A stretch of DNA of 64,000 nucleotides from Spirochaetia bacterium (GTDB taxonomy: Bacteria; Spirochaetota; Spirochaetia; UBA9216), in NCBI GenBank assembly GCA_963675665.1, contig OY776510.1, positions 4,224,001-4,288,000 on the forward strand, in the 5' to 3' direction. This document shows positions 40,204-50,501 of this stretch, piece after piece. A program made the position numbers and the translations under genes. The notes under the pieces were generated by a model. It was not told where the DNA came from. It made no database searches and saw only the letters and a list, made by a program, of their open reading frames with translations. The first letter of the stretch is position 1. Each line of letters begins with the position of its first letter.

Positions 40204-40773
40204 ATGAACACTACTTTTTTATCACTTTTTGAATCCGGCGGTATCTTCATGTGGCCACTGCTGATTTTCTCCATAACTGCCGTTGCGCTTATTCTTGAAT
40301 GCATCATCCAGACAATTTTATTCAAACAGAAAATTTCTTCCCTTCTTTTATTTCTGAATTCCGGAGGAGAAAAAGGGAATACATTTTTCCGGTTGGAGGG
40401 AGTTAATTTATTCAGGCTTTCTTCTGAAGATTTTGATAAAATAGTCGGCAGGGAAGTTCAGCTTCCGTTCGACAGAATGTTTCAACGCCTCGAATACATA
40501 TCCGCCATAAGCGCAATAGCCCCGCTTCTGGGCTTTATAGGCACAGTCTCCGGCATGATTTCATCATTCCAATCCATAGCGGACGCAAACAAGGTATCAG
40601 TAAATCTTGTTGCCGGAGGCATTTCAGAAGCTCTGATAACAACAGGATACGGTCTCATTATAGCTGTAGTATGTCTGGCGGCAGAACATCTGTTCAGGTT
40701 TATTCTTACCGCAGCAGCCCACAAAACTGAAGAGACAGTTACTCTGGCCGGCAGTAAAACAAAGGCATTATGA
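40204..40773 (+). CDS. exbB: MotA/TolQ/ExbB proton-channel protein
   Basis: GGIFMWPL, APLLGFIGTVSGMI, GGISEALITT. Confidence 0.9.
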   Translation: MNTTFLSLFESGGIFMWPLLIFSITAVALILECIIQTILFKQKISSLLLFLNSGGEKGNTFFRLEGVNLFRLSSEDFDKIVGREVQLPFDRMFQRLEYISAISAIAPLLGFIGTVSGMISSFQSIADANKVSVNLVAGGISEALITTGYGLIIAVVCLAAEHLFRFILTAAAHKTEETVTLAGSKTKAL

Positions 40774-41213
40774 AAATTATAATAAGAAAACACAGCAGGA
40801 ACCGCGATTTTACAGGCGCGATGACTGATATTTCTTTTCTGCTGATAATCTTTTTTCTGGTAACCGCTGTCTTCATGTCCTCACAGGGAATTATTTTAAA
40901 ACTTCCCCGTAAAAATGAACAGCCGCGTCATCTTACACCTGATAAAATTGTGTTTGTAGAACTTCTGCCGGATGATAGATATTTGGTTAACAGCAAACCG
41001 GTTAAAAACAGGGAAAGTCTGCCGGAATATATTAAAGCCGGCTCTTCAGGCCTGTCGGAACCTGTTCTTGTCCTTCAGATAAATGATAATGTCAGCTACC
41101 AGGAGGTTCTTGACATTCTTGAGTTGTCCAAAACGGCGGGGGTTTCAGTATTCTCAATCCGGTATATGGAAGATAAGCCAAGGGGCCTGCGAATAGAGGC
41201 CGGCACCTTATGA
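40770..41213 (+). CDS. exbD: ExbD biopolymer transporter
   Basis: MTDISFLLIIFFLV. Confidence 0.88.
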   Translation: MKIIIRKHSRNRDFTGAMTDISFLLIIFFLVTAVFMSSQGIILKLPRKNEQPRHLTPDKIVFVELLPDDRYLVNSKPVKNRESLPEYIKAGSSGLSEPVLVLQINDNVSYQEVLDILELSKTAGVSVFSIRYMEDKPRGLRIEAGTL

Positions 41214-41602
41214 AGTTAAGAATACCTTCAAAAAAGTATTCGGTCACGATGTTTGCAATGCCGGATATAGCCTTTCTTCTGCTTATATTTCTGATTCTGA
41301 CAGCAAGTGTGGATGAATACGGAAACATTGAACTTCCAGCATTTGAATTTGCCGGAGAAACAGAATATCCTCAAACTGTTACAATAAATGTCGATTCAAA
41401 CGGCGTCTGCGGAATCAGCGGAGAATATTATGATAGAACGACGTTCAATAATCTGCTTGGCAATATTCCATACGCTTCCGTAATTTATCTGGTTGCTGAT
41501 AAAAAATGCCCTTACAGTCGCATAGACGGGGTTCTTTCAGATCTTCAGAATGCAGATTTGTTTGATGTTGTATTGATAATGGACGAAACTTCCCGGGAGT
41601 AA
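41210..41602 (+). CDS. exbD: Second ExbD
   Basis: MPDIAFLLLIFL, ADKKCPY. Confidence 0.85.
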   Translation: MKLRIPSKKYSVTMFAMPDIAFLLLIFLILTASVDEYGNIELPAFEFAGETEYPQTVTINVDSNGVCGISGEYYDRTTFNNLLGNIPYASVIYLVADKKCPYSRIDGVLSDLQNADLFDVVLIMDETSRE

Positions 41603-42229
41603 ATGAACCGAAACCTTATTTTTTTTATAGTATCAGTTGCCGTCTCAATTGCGCTTCATGTTCTTGTTTTATCTTTATCATTTGAAATAAAATCCTCTGA
41701 TCCTGTCGAGAATGCGGAACCGTTTATCAGGGTTGTTGATGCTGTAATCATTGATGCGCCGGAACCTTCAGTTACAATACAAAAAAAACCGCAGCCTCCT
41801 GAACATGAGATTATTGAAGATGTTATTGCGGCAACTGTCCAGCCCGAAGACCCCGGGTCTGATTTAAAACCGCAAAAAGTACCGGAAACTGAAAAACAGC
41901 CTGAAGTATCAGGTTCGCGCTCCGAACCGGGCGGCACAGATGATTTTCTACCCTTCTACCGGGTAGATATAAGACCTGAGTTTATTCACAAGGCGGAACT
42001 CAAATATCCGTTGCAGGCGAAACGACAAAAAGTTGAAGGAACCGTTATTATAGAAGCGGATATCGACAGCAGCGGGAATGTACAGACGATAAGGACCGTG
42101 AAATCAGCAGGTTTCGGTTTTGATGAAGCAGCAATTGAAATGATAGAACAGTCTGCATTCAGTCCGGCCTCTGCCGGCGGACTGAATGTAGGAGTACGCA
42201 TGCGTTTTACTGTTAAATTTGAACTGTAA
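41603..42229 (+). CDS. tonB: TonB energy transducer
   Basis: SIALH TM motif, Pro-rich linker, YPLQAKRQKVEGTV..FDEAA. Confidence 0.9.
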   Translation: MNRNLIFFIVSVAVSIALHVLVLSLSFEIKSSDPVENAEPFIRVVDAVIIDAPEPSVTIQKKPQPPEHEIIEDVIAATVQPEDPGSDLKPQKVPETEKQPEVSGSRSEPGGTDDFLPFYRVDIRPEFIHKAELKYPLQAKRQKVEGTVIIEADIDSSGNVQTIRTVKSAGFGFDEAAIEMIEQSAFSPASAGGLNVGVRMRFTVKFEL

Positions 42230-42249
42230 CCGACAGGGAAAACCGAGTG

Positions 42250-44046
42250 TCAGGCGCCCTTTTCAAGAACGGCCCTGATTCGCCGGACGCCGGCGGAAGA
42301 GGATTGCTCCTTGACAATTCTAAACCTGCCCATATTGCCGGTATTTTCTACATGCGGCCCCCCGCAGACTTCCTTGGAAAAATCGCCTATCGTATAAACC
42401 TTAACCTGTTCTTCATATTTATCTGCAAAAAATGCGATTGCGCCTTCTGTTCTGGCTTTTTCCAGATCCATTATTTCCATGCTTACCGGCAGATTGCGCT
42501 TAATCTGTTCATTTACAATATCTTCTACTTTCCGGATCTCTTCATCACTCATTTTATCCGGATGATTAAAATCGAACCTGAGTCTTTCAGTAGTTATATT
42601 GCTCCCCTTTTGCATTACATGCTCGCCCAGAACCGTTCTGAGGGCTTTATGAAGAAGGTGCGTAGCCGTATGCAGTGCGGTCGTCAGTTCCGACTGATCA
42701 GCAAGACCGCCCTTGAAAACCTTCTCGGCGCCCTGCTTGGACATTTCCTGGTGTTTTTTATATGCTTTATCGAAACCTTCACGATCAACGACAAAGTCAT
42801 GTTCGGCAGCCAGTTCCTCGGTTATTTCAATCGGAAAACCATAGGTGTCGTAAAGCTTGAAAGCAAGTCTTCCGGGAATTATCCGCTTTGAACTCTTCAT
42901 CAGGTTTGGCAGCAGTTTTTCAAATTCGTGCTCGCCTTTCTGCAGGGTGCGCAGAAATTTATCTTCTTCCGCTTCAAGTTCTTTCAGAATAAAATCGCGT
43001 TTTTTCCCGATTATCGGATATACGTCCCTGTATAAATCAACAACCTTCTCTGCAATTTTACCCAGAAAAATTCCTTCAATTCCCAGTTTCCGGCCGTGCC
43101 GCAATGCACGTCTGATCAGACGCCTGAGAATATAGCCCTGTCCAAGGTTTGAAGGTGTCACACCCTGTTCATCACCCAGAATCATGGTCGCTGTTTTAAC
43201 ATGGTCAGTAATAATTCTAACGGAAATATCACTTTCCTCCGATTCGCCGTATTTAATCGCAGCAGCATTTTCCACGGCATTAATAAGAGGAATAAAAGCC
43301 TCGGTTTCATAAACAGACTGCTTGCCCTGCAGAATTGCGGAAGTGCGCTCAATTCCCATCCCGGTATCAACGCACTTTCTGTCCATTAATCTGAAGCTGC
43401 CGTCTTCCTGCTTGTTATACTGCATAAAAACATCATTCCAGATCTCAAAATACTTGCCGCAGTGACAGCCCGGTTTACAGTCCGATCCGCAGGCTTCACG
43501 CCCTGTATCTATGAACATTTCTGAATCAGGTCCGCAGGGGCCGGTCTGTCCGGCAGGACCCCACCAGTTATCGTTTCGTGAAAGAAAATGTATGCGTTCT
43601 TCGGGAATGCCCAGTTCGCGCCATACCGATGCCGATGTTTCATCGCGTTCGACTTCATCATCACCGGCAAAAACAGTTACCGAAAGCTTGTCGATCGAAA
43701 GACCGAGCCATTGCGGGCTGGTAAGAAACTCAAAACTCATTCTGATTGCTTCATCCTTGAAGTAATCTCCCAGCGACCAGTTGCCCAGCATCTCGAAAAA
43801 AGTCAGATGATGAGGGTCTCCGACAGCTTCAATATCGCCGGTCCTTATACACTTCTGAAAATTCACAAGCCGCTGTCCTGCCGGATGAGTTTCTCCGAGA
43901 ATATACGGTACAAGCGGATGCATACCTGCGGTGGTGAACAGAACAGTCGGATCATTTTCCGGAATGAGCGACTTTCCCTTTATTTCCTGATGGTTTTTCG
44001 TCTTGAAAAACTTAATGTATTTTTTACGTAATTCGTTGCCAGTCAT
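42250..44046 (-). CDS. alaS: Alanine-tRNA ligase (short form without C-Ala domain)
   Basis: LFTTAGM, FFEMLGNWS, GPCGPDSE, DTGMGIER, HTATH, CGGPH, GVRRIRA. Confidence 0.97.
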   Translation of the reverse strand: MTGNELRKKYIKFFKTKNHQEIKGKSLIPENDPTVLFTTAGMHPLVPYILGETHPAGQRLVNFQKCIRTGDIEAVGDPHHLTFFEMLGNWSLGDYFKDEAIRMSFEFLTSPQWLGLSIDKLSVTVFAGDDEVERDETSASVWRELGIPEERIHFLSRNDNWWGPAGQTGPCGPDSEMFIDTGREACGSDCKPGCHCGKYFEIWNDVFMQYNKQEDGSFRLMDRKCVDTGMGIERTSAILQGKQSVYETEAFIPLINAVENAAAIKYGESEESDISVRIITDHVKTATMILGDEQGVTPSNLGQGYILRRLIRRALRHGRKLGIEGIFLGKIAEKVVDLYRDVYPIIGKKRDFILKELEAEEDKFLRTLQKGEHEFEKLLPNLMKSSKRIIPGRLAFKLYDTYGFPIEITEELAAEHDFVVDREGFDKAYKKHQEMSKQGAEKVFKGGLADQSELTTALHTATHLLHKALRTVLGEHVMQKGSNITTERLRFDFNHPDKMSDEEIRKVEDIVNEQIKRNLPVSMEIMDLEKARTEGAIAFFADKYEEQVKVYTIGDFSKEVCGGPHVENTGNMGRFRIVKEQSSSAGVRRIRAVLEKGA

Positions 44047-44191
44047 GGGTATACATAGTATTTATGAACAGCCCCAGTGTCAATGGGCAGCCTGATGTTG
44101 TTTGTCCCGGCCGTCTGAATAATCAATTTTTCCTTGTTGCCGAAACCACATATTGATAATAAAATAAACCGGTTAAAGAAAAGGACGGCTG

Positions 44192-45799
44192 ATGAGTAAA
44201 GAAGGTCAATTTGAAATATTTTATAAGGACAATTATGCATGTCTGACCGTATTTCCTCCCTCAGACAACAGGGAAATTGTTTACCCTGAGGATGTAATAG
44301 GCCGGCTTAAAATTCTTAATATCAGGGGTTACCGAAAGCAACTTATTTTCGATGTAATTGATGAAGCTTCAGGCAAACCTGTCCCTCTCGTCCAATGGCC
44401 TGAAGGACGGACCCTTGGACCAAGACTCAGCCTTGATACAGATAAAGACGGAATGACGGCAACGGTAAGCATTGAGCCGGAACGACAGGGCGGAGAACCG
44501 CTTTCAGCCGGACTGATTCGCCGGTTTCTGAATGATAATAAAATCATATCCGGAATAGATGCTGAAATACTGGAGACAATTGTTTTAAAAAAAATATTCA
44601 GACAGCCGGTCAAGGTCGCATTCGGAACCCCGGCAGTAAATGAAAAAGCAGCCGAACCGGAATACTTCTTTCTTGTCGACCGTGGAAAACCTTTCAGGGA
44701 ACTTGAGTACCAGCGGATAGATCTCAAAGAGCTTAACTTTATTCAGAACAGGCACAAAGGCGATTTGTTGGCAAAACTGAATGAACCGCAGCCTCCGGTT
44801 GACGGCACCGATATTTACGGAAAAATTCTTACAGCCCTTCGCGGCGCTTCTCCTCCGATGTTTTCGGCCGGAGAGGGCGCAGTTTTATCTGAAGACGGCA
44901 AGAGTATTTTTGCTGCAGAAGACGGAAACGCCCGGCTTCACAACGGCTGCGTTATCGTGGAACCGATCATAACTGTCGAAAACGTCGATTATTCAAACGG
45001 AAATATTGATTTCGAAGGATCGGTGGACATCAGCGGGCGAATTGCAGACGGCTTTACGGTCAAAACACGCGGAGATATCCAGATTGGAAAATCAGTAAGC
45101 AAAGTCAGTATTTCCTGCGGAGGCGACATCATCCTGAAGGCCGGGATTTCAGGAAACGATGAAGGCATAATCGTATGTGAAAGAGACCTTTATGCCCGTT
45201 ATATCGAAAGCGCTGTGATCATATGCAAGGGAAACGTTTTCGTGGAAGAAGCAATAATGCATTCTTCGGTTAAAGCCGGCGGAGATGTAATTCTGACCGG
45301 GAAACGGGCTGAGATCTTCGGCGGCAGGATTTTTGCGGCCGGCACTATAAAATGCAAGAAGCTCGGCTCAATAAATGAACCCGTAACAGATCTCTTTCTT
45401 GGAACCGATCTTGATTCTTTTACCGCAATGGAAGAGCTTCAAAAAACCGTATCAAGACACAGCGCCAGGGTTGATGAACTCGACACTCAGATACGGCAGA
45501 TTAAACATGCCTTGCAAGGTCACGACAATCCTGAGATAGTACCTGAAAAACTGAGCGCTGCGCTTGAACAACTTCAGCACGAATCTGCAACCCAGAATGA
45601 AAAGCTCAGCAGCACCCTGAAGGAGCTTCATGAACTGAAAAGAAACATAGTGCTGAATGAATCATCCATGCTTGATGCAGAGCAGCAGATATACGGAAAG
45701 GTTCATGTTTATTTTAATCATCTTCGCTGGGATTCACCCGGCAAGGGCACCGGCAAAACCAGACTTATTGTTAAAAACGGAAACCTTCTTGAAAAATGA
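44192..45799 (+). CDS. FapA / DUF342 family protein
   Basis: IDLKEL, GTDIYG, NVDYSNGNIDFEG beta-helix, coiled coil. Confidence 0.85.
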   Translation: MSKEGQFEIFYKDNYACLTVFPPSDNREIVYPEDVIGRLKILNIRGYRKQLIFDVIDEASGKPVPLVQWPEGRTLGPRLSLDTDKDGMTATVSIEPERQGGEPLSAGLIRRFLNDNKIISGIDAEILETIVLKKIFRQPVKVAFGTPAVNEKAAEPEYFFLVDRGKPFRELEYQRIDLKELNFIQNRHKGDLLAKLNEPQPPVDGTDIYGKILTALRGASPPMFSAGEGAVLSEDGKSIFAAEDGNARLHNGCVIVEPIITVENVDYSNGNIDFEGSVDISGRIADGFTVKTRGDIQIGKSVSKVSISCGGDIILKAGISGNDEGIIVCERDLYARYIESAVIICKGNVFVEEAIMHSSVKAGGDVILTGKRAEIFGGRIFAAGTIKCKKLGSINEPVTDLFLGTDLDSFTAMEELQKTVSRHSARVDELDTQIRQIKHALQGHDNPEIVPEKLSAALEQLQHESATQNEKLSSTLKELHELKRNIVLNESSMLDAEQQIYGKVHVYFNHLRWDSPGKGTGKTRLIVKNGNLLEK

Positions 45800-46021
45800 T
45801 CTCGCCGGAAACAGGATCATTTCTGCATTGGAATTCAGGGATAAAAACACTGCTTTACATTTTTTATCGCACCATCCGAACGTCTCTCCGGCCCTGATGA
45901 TTATATCTCTGCCGTCGGCTGTAATCCAGATTGTACCGCGGATACATTTCACTTCCATTCCCTTTTCAAATCTGACGGATGCGGGCTTGTTCATTATCAA
46001 TTTTGTTGTCTGCACATTCAT
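45734..46021 (-). CDS. DUF2917-like small protein
   Basis: VKCIRGTIWITADGRDIIIRAGETF; AAGGAG SD; divergent from MocR. Confidence 0.7.
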   Translation of the reverse strand: MNVQTTKLIMNKPASVRFEKGMEVKCIRGTIWITADGRDIIIRAGETFGWCDKKCKAVFLSLNSNAEMILFPARSFFKKVSVFNNKSGFAGALAG

Positions 46022-46187
46022 CTCCTTTAACCGGGTTTTAATGAAATATGCACCGATATACCGGTAAAAAAAAGCTACAAAATTGTTTTTATTTCAGGTA
46101 ACATCAGAAAAACCCTGCATACTGTGCCTTATATAATCTGTAAAATTGTACCTTTCCGGCCATTATCTTTTAATCTATAATCGAGAT

Positions 46188-47633
46188 ATGCAACGATCTT
46201 CACATTATGAAAAGAAAAAAGAGACGCTTTACGGAGAGGTCGCCGCAACTATAGAAATGCAGATACTTTCCGGAACATATCAGCACGGAGAAAGACTTCC
46301 GTCTCTCCGTGATCTGAGCCGGCGGCTTGGAATAAGTATAAATACGGCCCGTGAAGCATACGGGAACCTTGAAAACAGGCGTATTATCAGAGGTGTTCCG
46401 CAATCCGGTTACTACGTTAACAAAATGGAAAACGGATCGGAATGCTGTTCTCTCGACAAGCCCCGTACCGTGCGTGATGATTTTATTACGGACTATAACT
46501 CAATGATGGATGAATTTCTTAAATCGGACATCAATCCTTTCAGCAGCGCCATGTTTGATCTGGCATCGCTTCCGTATGCGAAAAAGATGTATCTCAGCCG
46601 TGAAGATCAGCTGAAAATGAATCTTTTCGAGTACCCTCCCCTTGCAGGGCTTTACGAACTCAGGGTCGAAATTGCCAGGCGAAGCATAGATTCCGGACTG
46701 AATGTTACAGCCGACGATATTATAATCACCGACGGCGGCATGGCCGGCATTGCGCTGGCAATAAAATACTTTACCAATCCCGGCGATACAGTGGCACTGG
46801 AAAGTCCGTTTTATTACAACTTTCTTTTTCTGCTTAAAGCCTTCGGCCTTAAAGTAATTGAAATACCGATGAATCCCGACTCGGGAATGAATCTTGATGT
46901 GCTCGAATTCGTTCTTGAAAGACATCCGGTAAAAGCAGTCATTTCAATTCCGACAAACAGCAACCCTATCGGTTCAACAATGCCGCTTGAAAATAAAAAA
47001 AGACTTGTTGAGATGCTTACAACCCGGGATATCCTTCTGCTTGAAGATGACATATACGGAGACATCAGTTTCGATGACCGGAGAGCGCCGGTATGCAAAA
47101 CATTCGACACAAAGGGCAATGTAATACTTTGTTCTTCATTTTCAAAAAGCCTGGCTTCCGGTCTGCGTTTGGGATGGATGGTTCCCGGCAAATATTACGA
47201 CGAGATGCTTGCCGTAAAAACAATGACAAACGTTGCGACATCCGCCCTGCCCCAGCATATGGCGCTTAACTTTATCTCGGGAGGCCACTATGACCGCCAT
47301 ATGCGCCAGCTTAATAAAACAGCTGAAGAGAGAGTCTCTGCACTGAGAGAAACGATTAAACTATATTTTCCTCCCTTGACGCAGGTAACTGAACCGGGGG
47401 GAGGTTTTGTGCTTTGGGTAACACTTCCGGGCAGTGGAAATATGAAAGAGATATACGAAACGGCCAAACAGCAGGGAATTCTCTTCACCCCCGGAAGCCT
47501 GTTCAGCCTTGAAGGCAGATGGGACAATTGCATGCGTTTGAGCGCCGGATATTATACAAACGAATTGGCGCCCCAAATCCGACGGCTGGGAAAAATCGTC
47601 GAAGAATACTGGAGCTTTCCTGAATCCCGTTAA
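46188..47633 (+). CDS. MocR/GntR-family PLP-dependent regulator
   Basis: wHTH LPSLRDLS..ISINTAREAY; aminotransferase domain EDDIY, SSFSKSLASGLRLGW. Confidence 0.93.
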   Translation: MQRSSHYEKKKETLYGEVAATIEMQILSGTYQHGERLPSLRDLSRRLGISINTAREAYGNLENRRIIRGVPQSGYYVNKMENGSECCSLDKPRTVRDDFITDYNSMMDEFLKSDINPFSSAMFDLASLPYAKKMYLSREDQLKMNLFEYPPLAGLYELRVEIARRSIDSGLNVTADDIIITDGGMAGIALAIKYFTNPGDTVALESPFYYNFLFLLKAFGLKVIEIPMNPDSGMNLDVLEFVLERHPVKAVISIPTNSNPIGSTMPLENKKRLVEMLTTRDILLLEDDIYGDISFDDRRAPVCKTFDTKGNVILCSSFSKSLASGLRLGWMVPGKYYDEMLAVKTMTNVATSALPQHMALNFISGGHYDRHMRQLNKTAEERVSALRETIKLYFPPLTQVTEPGGGFVLWVTLPGSGNMKEIYETAKQQGILFTPGSLFSLEGRWDNCMRLSAGYYTNELAPQIRRLGKIVEEYWSFPESR

Positions 47634-48550
47634 AGTCTTTTAACTTCAATCAGATCATGAAAATATCCCGGAGGCTGCTTTTCCGACCAGCCAGGCCCGG
47701 CTATTATCAGTTTTGAAGCGGCGGTTGCCGTTGCAAGCCGCAGGGCTTCCGGCGGGCTTTTGTCCATAGCCAGTCCCGCAATAAAACCTGCAAGAAAGCT
47801 GTCGCCGGCGCCGACTGTATTCGAAACCTTGACGTCGGGGGCCCCGGCTTCATATATCCCTTTATCGGTATACAATCTGCTGCCTGCCGCGCCCATGGAA
47901 AGCGCAACCATTTTTACTTTGGATAAAAGCCCCGAAGTTTCAATATCATCTGTTCCGAAAGCGTCCTTCAGCTCATGAATGTTCGGTTTAATCATATTCA
48001 GGCAGCCGGAATCAACTGCTTTTACAAGCGCTTCCCCGCTGGTATCAACCGCTGTAAATACACCCTTCCCTGCAGCTATTGATGCAAGCTCGGCATATAT
48101 GTCCGGTTTCACCCCCTCCGGAAGGCTACCCGACATTATTATAAAATCATAATTCCCGGCAATCTCTCTGAAATCTATAAGAAACCTGTCGATATCTTTC
48201 TGATCTACACTAAATCCCCTGAAATTAATATCGGTAGTTGAATGCTGCGTCGAATCAACGACTTTAATCCCTTCCCGGGTATTACCGTTTATATAAATAA
48301 ACCGATCGTCAAGATGATAACGTTCGAAATGTTCCCTGAAAATGGAACTGTTATCAGATCCCATAAATCCGGTAACTGCAGTTCTCAACCTGTATCGGGA
48401 TGTAATTGAAGCAACATTTATTCCCTTGCCGCCCGGATATCTGTGTCCCCCCAGCGCCCGGTTAACATACCCCGGCCTGAAGCCCGGGGCCTCTACGGTA
48501 TAGTCAATTGCCGGGTTAAGCGTAACTGTTAATACCTTTTTGCCTGTCAT
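47630..48550 (-). CDS. 1-phosphofructokinase-family hexose kinase (PfkB)
   Basis: TVTLNPAID, GGKGINVA, SGSLPEG, IKPN, TVGAGDS. Confidence 0.9.
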   Translation of the reverse strand: MTGKKVLTVTLNPAIDYTVEAPGFRPGYVNRALGGHRYPGGKGINVASITSRYRLRTAVTGFMGSDNSSIFREHFERYHLDDRFIYINGNTREGIKVVDSTQHSTTDINFRGFSVDQKDIDRFLIDFREIAGNYDFIIMSGSLPEGVKPDIYAELASIAAGKGVFTAVDTSGEALVKAVDSGCLNMIKPNIHELKDAFGTDDIETSGLLSKVKMVALSMGAAGSRLYTDKGIYEAGAPDVKVSNTVGAGDSFLAGFIAGLAMDKSPPEALRLATATAASKLIIAGPGWSEKQPPGYFHDLIEVKRL

Positions 48551-48667
48551 GCTGAAAAGTTATCAGATGACCGGAGACTTGTCAAAGAGGTTCTTGCTGG
48601 ACTCAGACAAGTTATTCACTTTATTTAACAAGTAGTCAAAACCTGAATTAATGGTTAAACTGCCGCC

Positions 48668-49120
48668 ATGAGATTTGTAATCCAGCGTGTTAAAAGTGCA
48701 ACGGTAACTGTAAACGGAACTGATAAACGAAGCATCGGTCGCGGCTTGATGGTACTTGCCGGAATAGGAAGAAATGATTCTGAAGAAGATTTAAAATGGA
48801 TCTCGAAAAAACTTGTGAATCTGAGAATCTTCGAAGATGCTGCAGGCAAGATGAACCTCTCGGTTCAGGATATAGCCGGAGATATTATGATTGTCAGCCA
48901 GTTTACCCTGTATGCCACAACAAGAAAAGGAAACAGACCCGGGTTCAGCGCATCTGCGCCGCCTGAAGAAGCTGTTCCGCTTTATGAAAAACTAATCAGT
49001 CATCTCGCGGAAATTACCGGTAAAGCACCTGTATCAGGCGAGTTCGGGGCCGACATGGAAATCGACATGATCAACCAGGGTCCCGTAACAATAATAATAG
49101 ATTCTACAAGCCGGGAATAG
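48668..49120 (+). CDS. dtd: D-aminoacyl-tRNA deacylase
   Basis: QRV, LRIFED..GKMN, SQFTL, KGNRP, NQGPVT. Confidence 0.96.
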   Translation: MRFVIQRVKSATVTVNGTDKRSIGRGLMVLAGIGRNDSEEDLKWISKKLVNLRIFEDAAGKMNLSVQDIAGDIMIVSQFTLYATTRKGNRPGFSASAPPEEAVPLYEKLISHLAEITGKAPVSGEFGADMEIDMINQGPVTIIIDSTSRE

Positions 49121-49142
49121 CGGTCCTCCGGCTATTTTTTTT
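49116..49142 (+). terminator. Probable intrinsic terminator after dtd
   Basis: AATAGCGG-TCCT-CCGGCTATT followed by T-run. Confidence 0.55.
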
Positions 49143-49161
49143 CCGGATTAAATTCAGATGG

Positions 49162-49356
49162 TTATCCGTTCTGCTCCATATATCTGATGACGCTGCCTAC
49201 ATCGATGAAATCCATATCAACAGCAATTTCTCCAAAAAGACGCTTGTCGCCGTTTTTCTGAGACTCAAGCACTTTCAGTACCTGTTCTTCGGTCATTTCT
49301 CCCATCCGAACCAGCCCTTCGCCTATTCTGCCGCCAATCAGTTCCTCTATATCCAT
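49162..49356 (-). CDS. Stand-alone MshEN-like (c-di-GMP-binding) peptide, 64 aa
   Basis: RIGEGLVRMGEMTEEQVLKVLESQ matches RLGxxLLxxGxxxxxxLxxxLxxQ; second half-motif LFGEIAVDMDFI. Confidence 0.72.
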   Translation of the reverse strand: MDIEELIGGRIGEGLVRMGEMTEEQVLKVLESQKNGDKRLFGEIAVDMDFIDVGSVIRYMEQNG

Positions 49357-50471
49357 TCCTCATCTCCCCGCGGTATTGCAATCCGGCCTTTCTGCTCAAG
49401 TTCCATAAGGTATTCAATAAACTCACGTGTCGATTTATCAACATCAGATCGCCGCATCTCTCCAAGATAGATAGATTCCTCTTCAATCATAACCCTTCTT
49501 CGCTCAGAAAGATTATCAAGAAGCTTTGTCCGAACGGAATCACTTTTTCCCTTTATAATAATCGCAATTTCCGAATTATCAAAATCACGCAGCAGATACT
49601 GTACATCTTTATCATCCATTCTGAGCAAAAGATCCACAGTATAGATGTTTTCCTTTATCTGTTCCGCCAAATGTTTGTTCTCATTTTCGAGCTCTTCGAG
49701 AATGGATTCTTCCGCCCTGATATCCATATGCTTGAGGATGCCCGCAAGCACTGATTTACCATCTATTTCCTCAGTTACAATCCTTCCCTGAGCCCTTATG
49801 CGATCACGGAAAACACCTTCCATTTTATCAATTACGCCCGGAGCAATCTCACCCTGCCTTGCAATACGAAAAATAATTTCTTTCCTGCTGTCGGGCTGAA
49901 GCTTGCTTATTATATGAGAGGATAATTCAGGCTTTAAAAAGGACAGGACTATGCTCATAACATACGGTGGTTCATTTTTAAGAATCATAAGGATTTGTTC
50001 CGGCTGCAGATCATCCAAAAAATCAAACGGTTTCCGTCCGCCGAACGGCAAAACCTTATCAAACATTTCCTGCCCGCGCTCGGCGCCAAAAGCGGACAAC
50101 AACATCTCTTTGGCCTTATCAGGACCACCGGGAATAGTTTCTCCCGGGGCAGGCAGTTGAGCCGCTTTATTCTCTGCTTTAAATCTGCCGAATTCCCTGA
50201 TGATACCGGCAGATTCTTCCTTTCCCACTTTTCTTACTGCTGCTATCTCTTTTACAATTCGTTCAACATCTTCAGCTGAAAATTGTTTCAGTACTTCCGC
50301 CGCCTGCTGCGGACCTACAAGCAACAGGAATTTTGCAGCTTTTAGATACCCGGATTCATTTTTAGAATCCTTTTTCGACAGTCTTTCCGATTTTGTTTGC
50401 TGAGAATCTACTGATGTCTTAATAAATCCGTTTTTCTGATATGCCGCAGCTGCACGATCGAATTTCTTCAT
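49347..50471 (-). CDS. fliG: FliG paralogue (orphan, FliG1-like)
   Basis: KAAKFLLLVG, PFDFL, NEPP, IDGKSVLAGIL, NLSERRR..EE..LG. Confidence 0.85.
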   Translation of the reverse strand: MKKFDRAAAAYQKNGFIKTSVDSQQTKSERLSKKDSKNESGYLKAAKFLLLVGPQQAAEVLKQFSAEDVERIVKEIAAVRKVGKEESAGIIREFGRFKAENKAAQLPAPGETIPGGPDKAKEMLLSAFGAERGQEMFDKVLPFGGRKPFDFLDDLQPEQILMILKNEPPYVMSIVLSFLKPELSSHIISKLQPDSRKEIIFRIARQGEIAPGVIDKMEGVFRDRIRAQGRIVTEEIDGKSVLAGILKHMDIRAEESILEELENENKHLAEQIKENIYTVDLLLRMDDKDVQYLLRDFDNSEIAIIIKGKSDSVRTKLLDNLSERRRVMIEEESIYLGEMRRSDVDKSTREFIEYLMELEQKGRIAIPRGDEEWI

Positions 50472-50501
50472 ATCCTATAATAACAGCACAGGACGCTATC
50501 T

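Noticed and set aside
42247-42891. 214-aa plus-strand ORF and other long antisense ORFs in the track
   Set aside because: They lie fully opposite well-supported genes and show no recognisable motifs.
42250-44046. alaS as a truncated pseudogene
   Set aside because: Catalytic and editing motifs are intact; C-Ala-less AlaRS of about 600 aa is a known form in spirochaetes.
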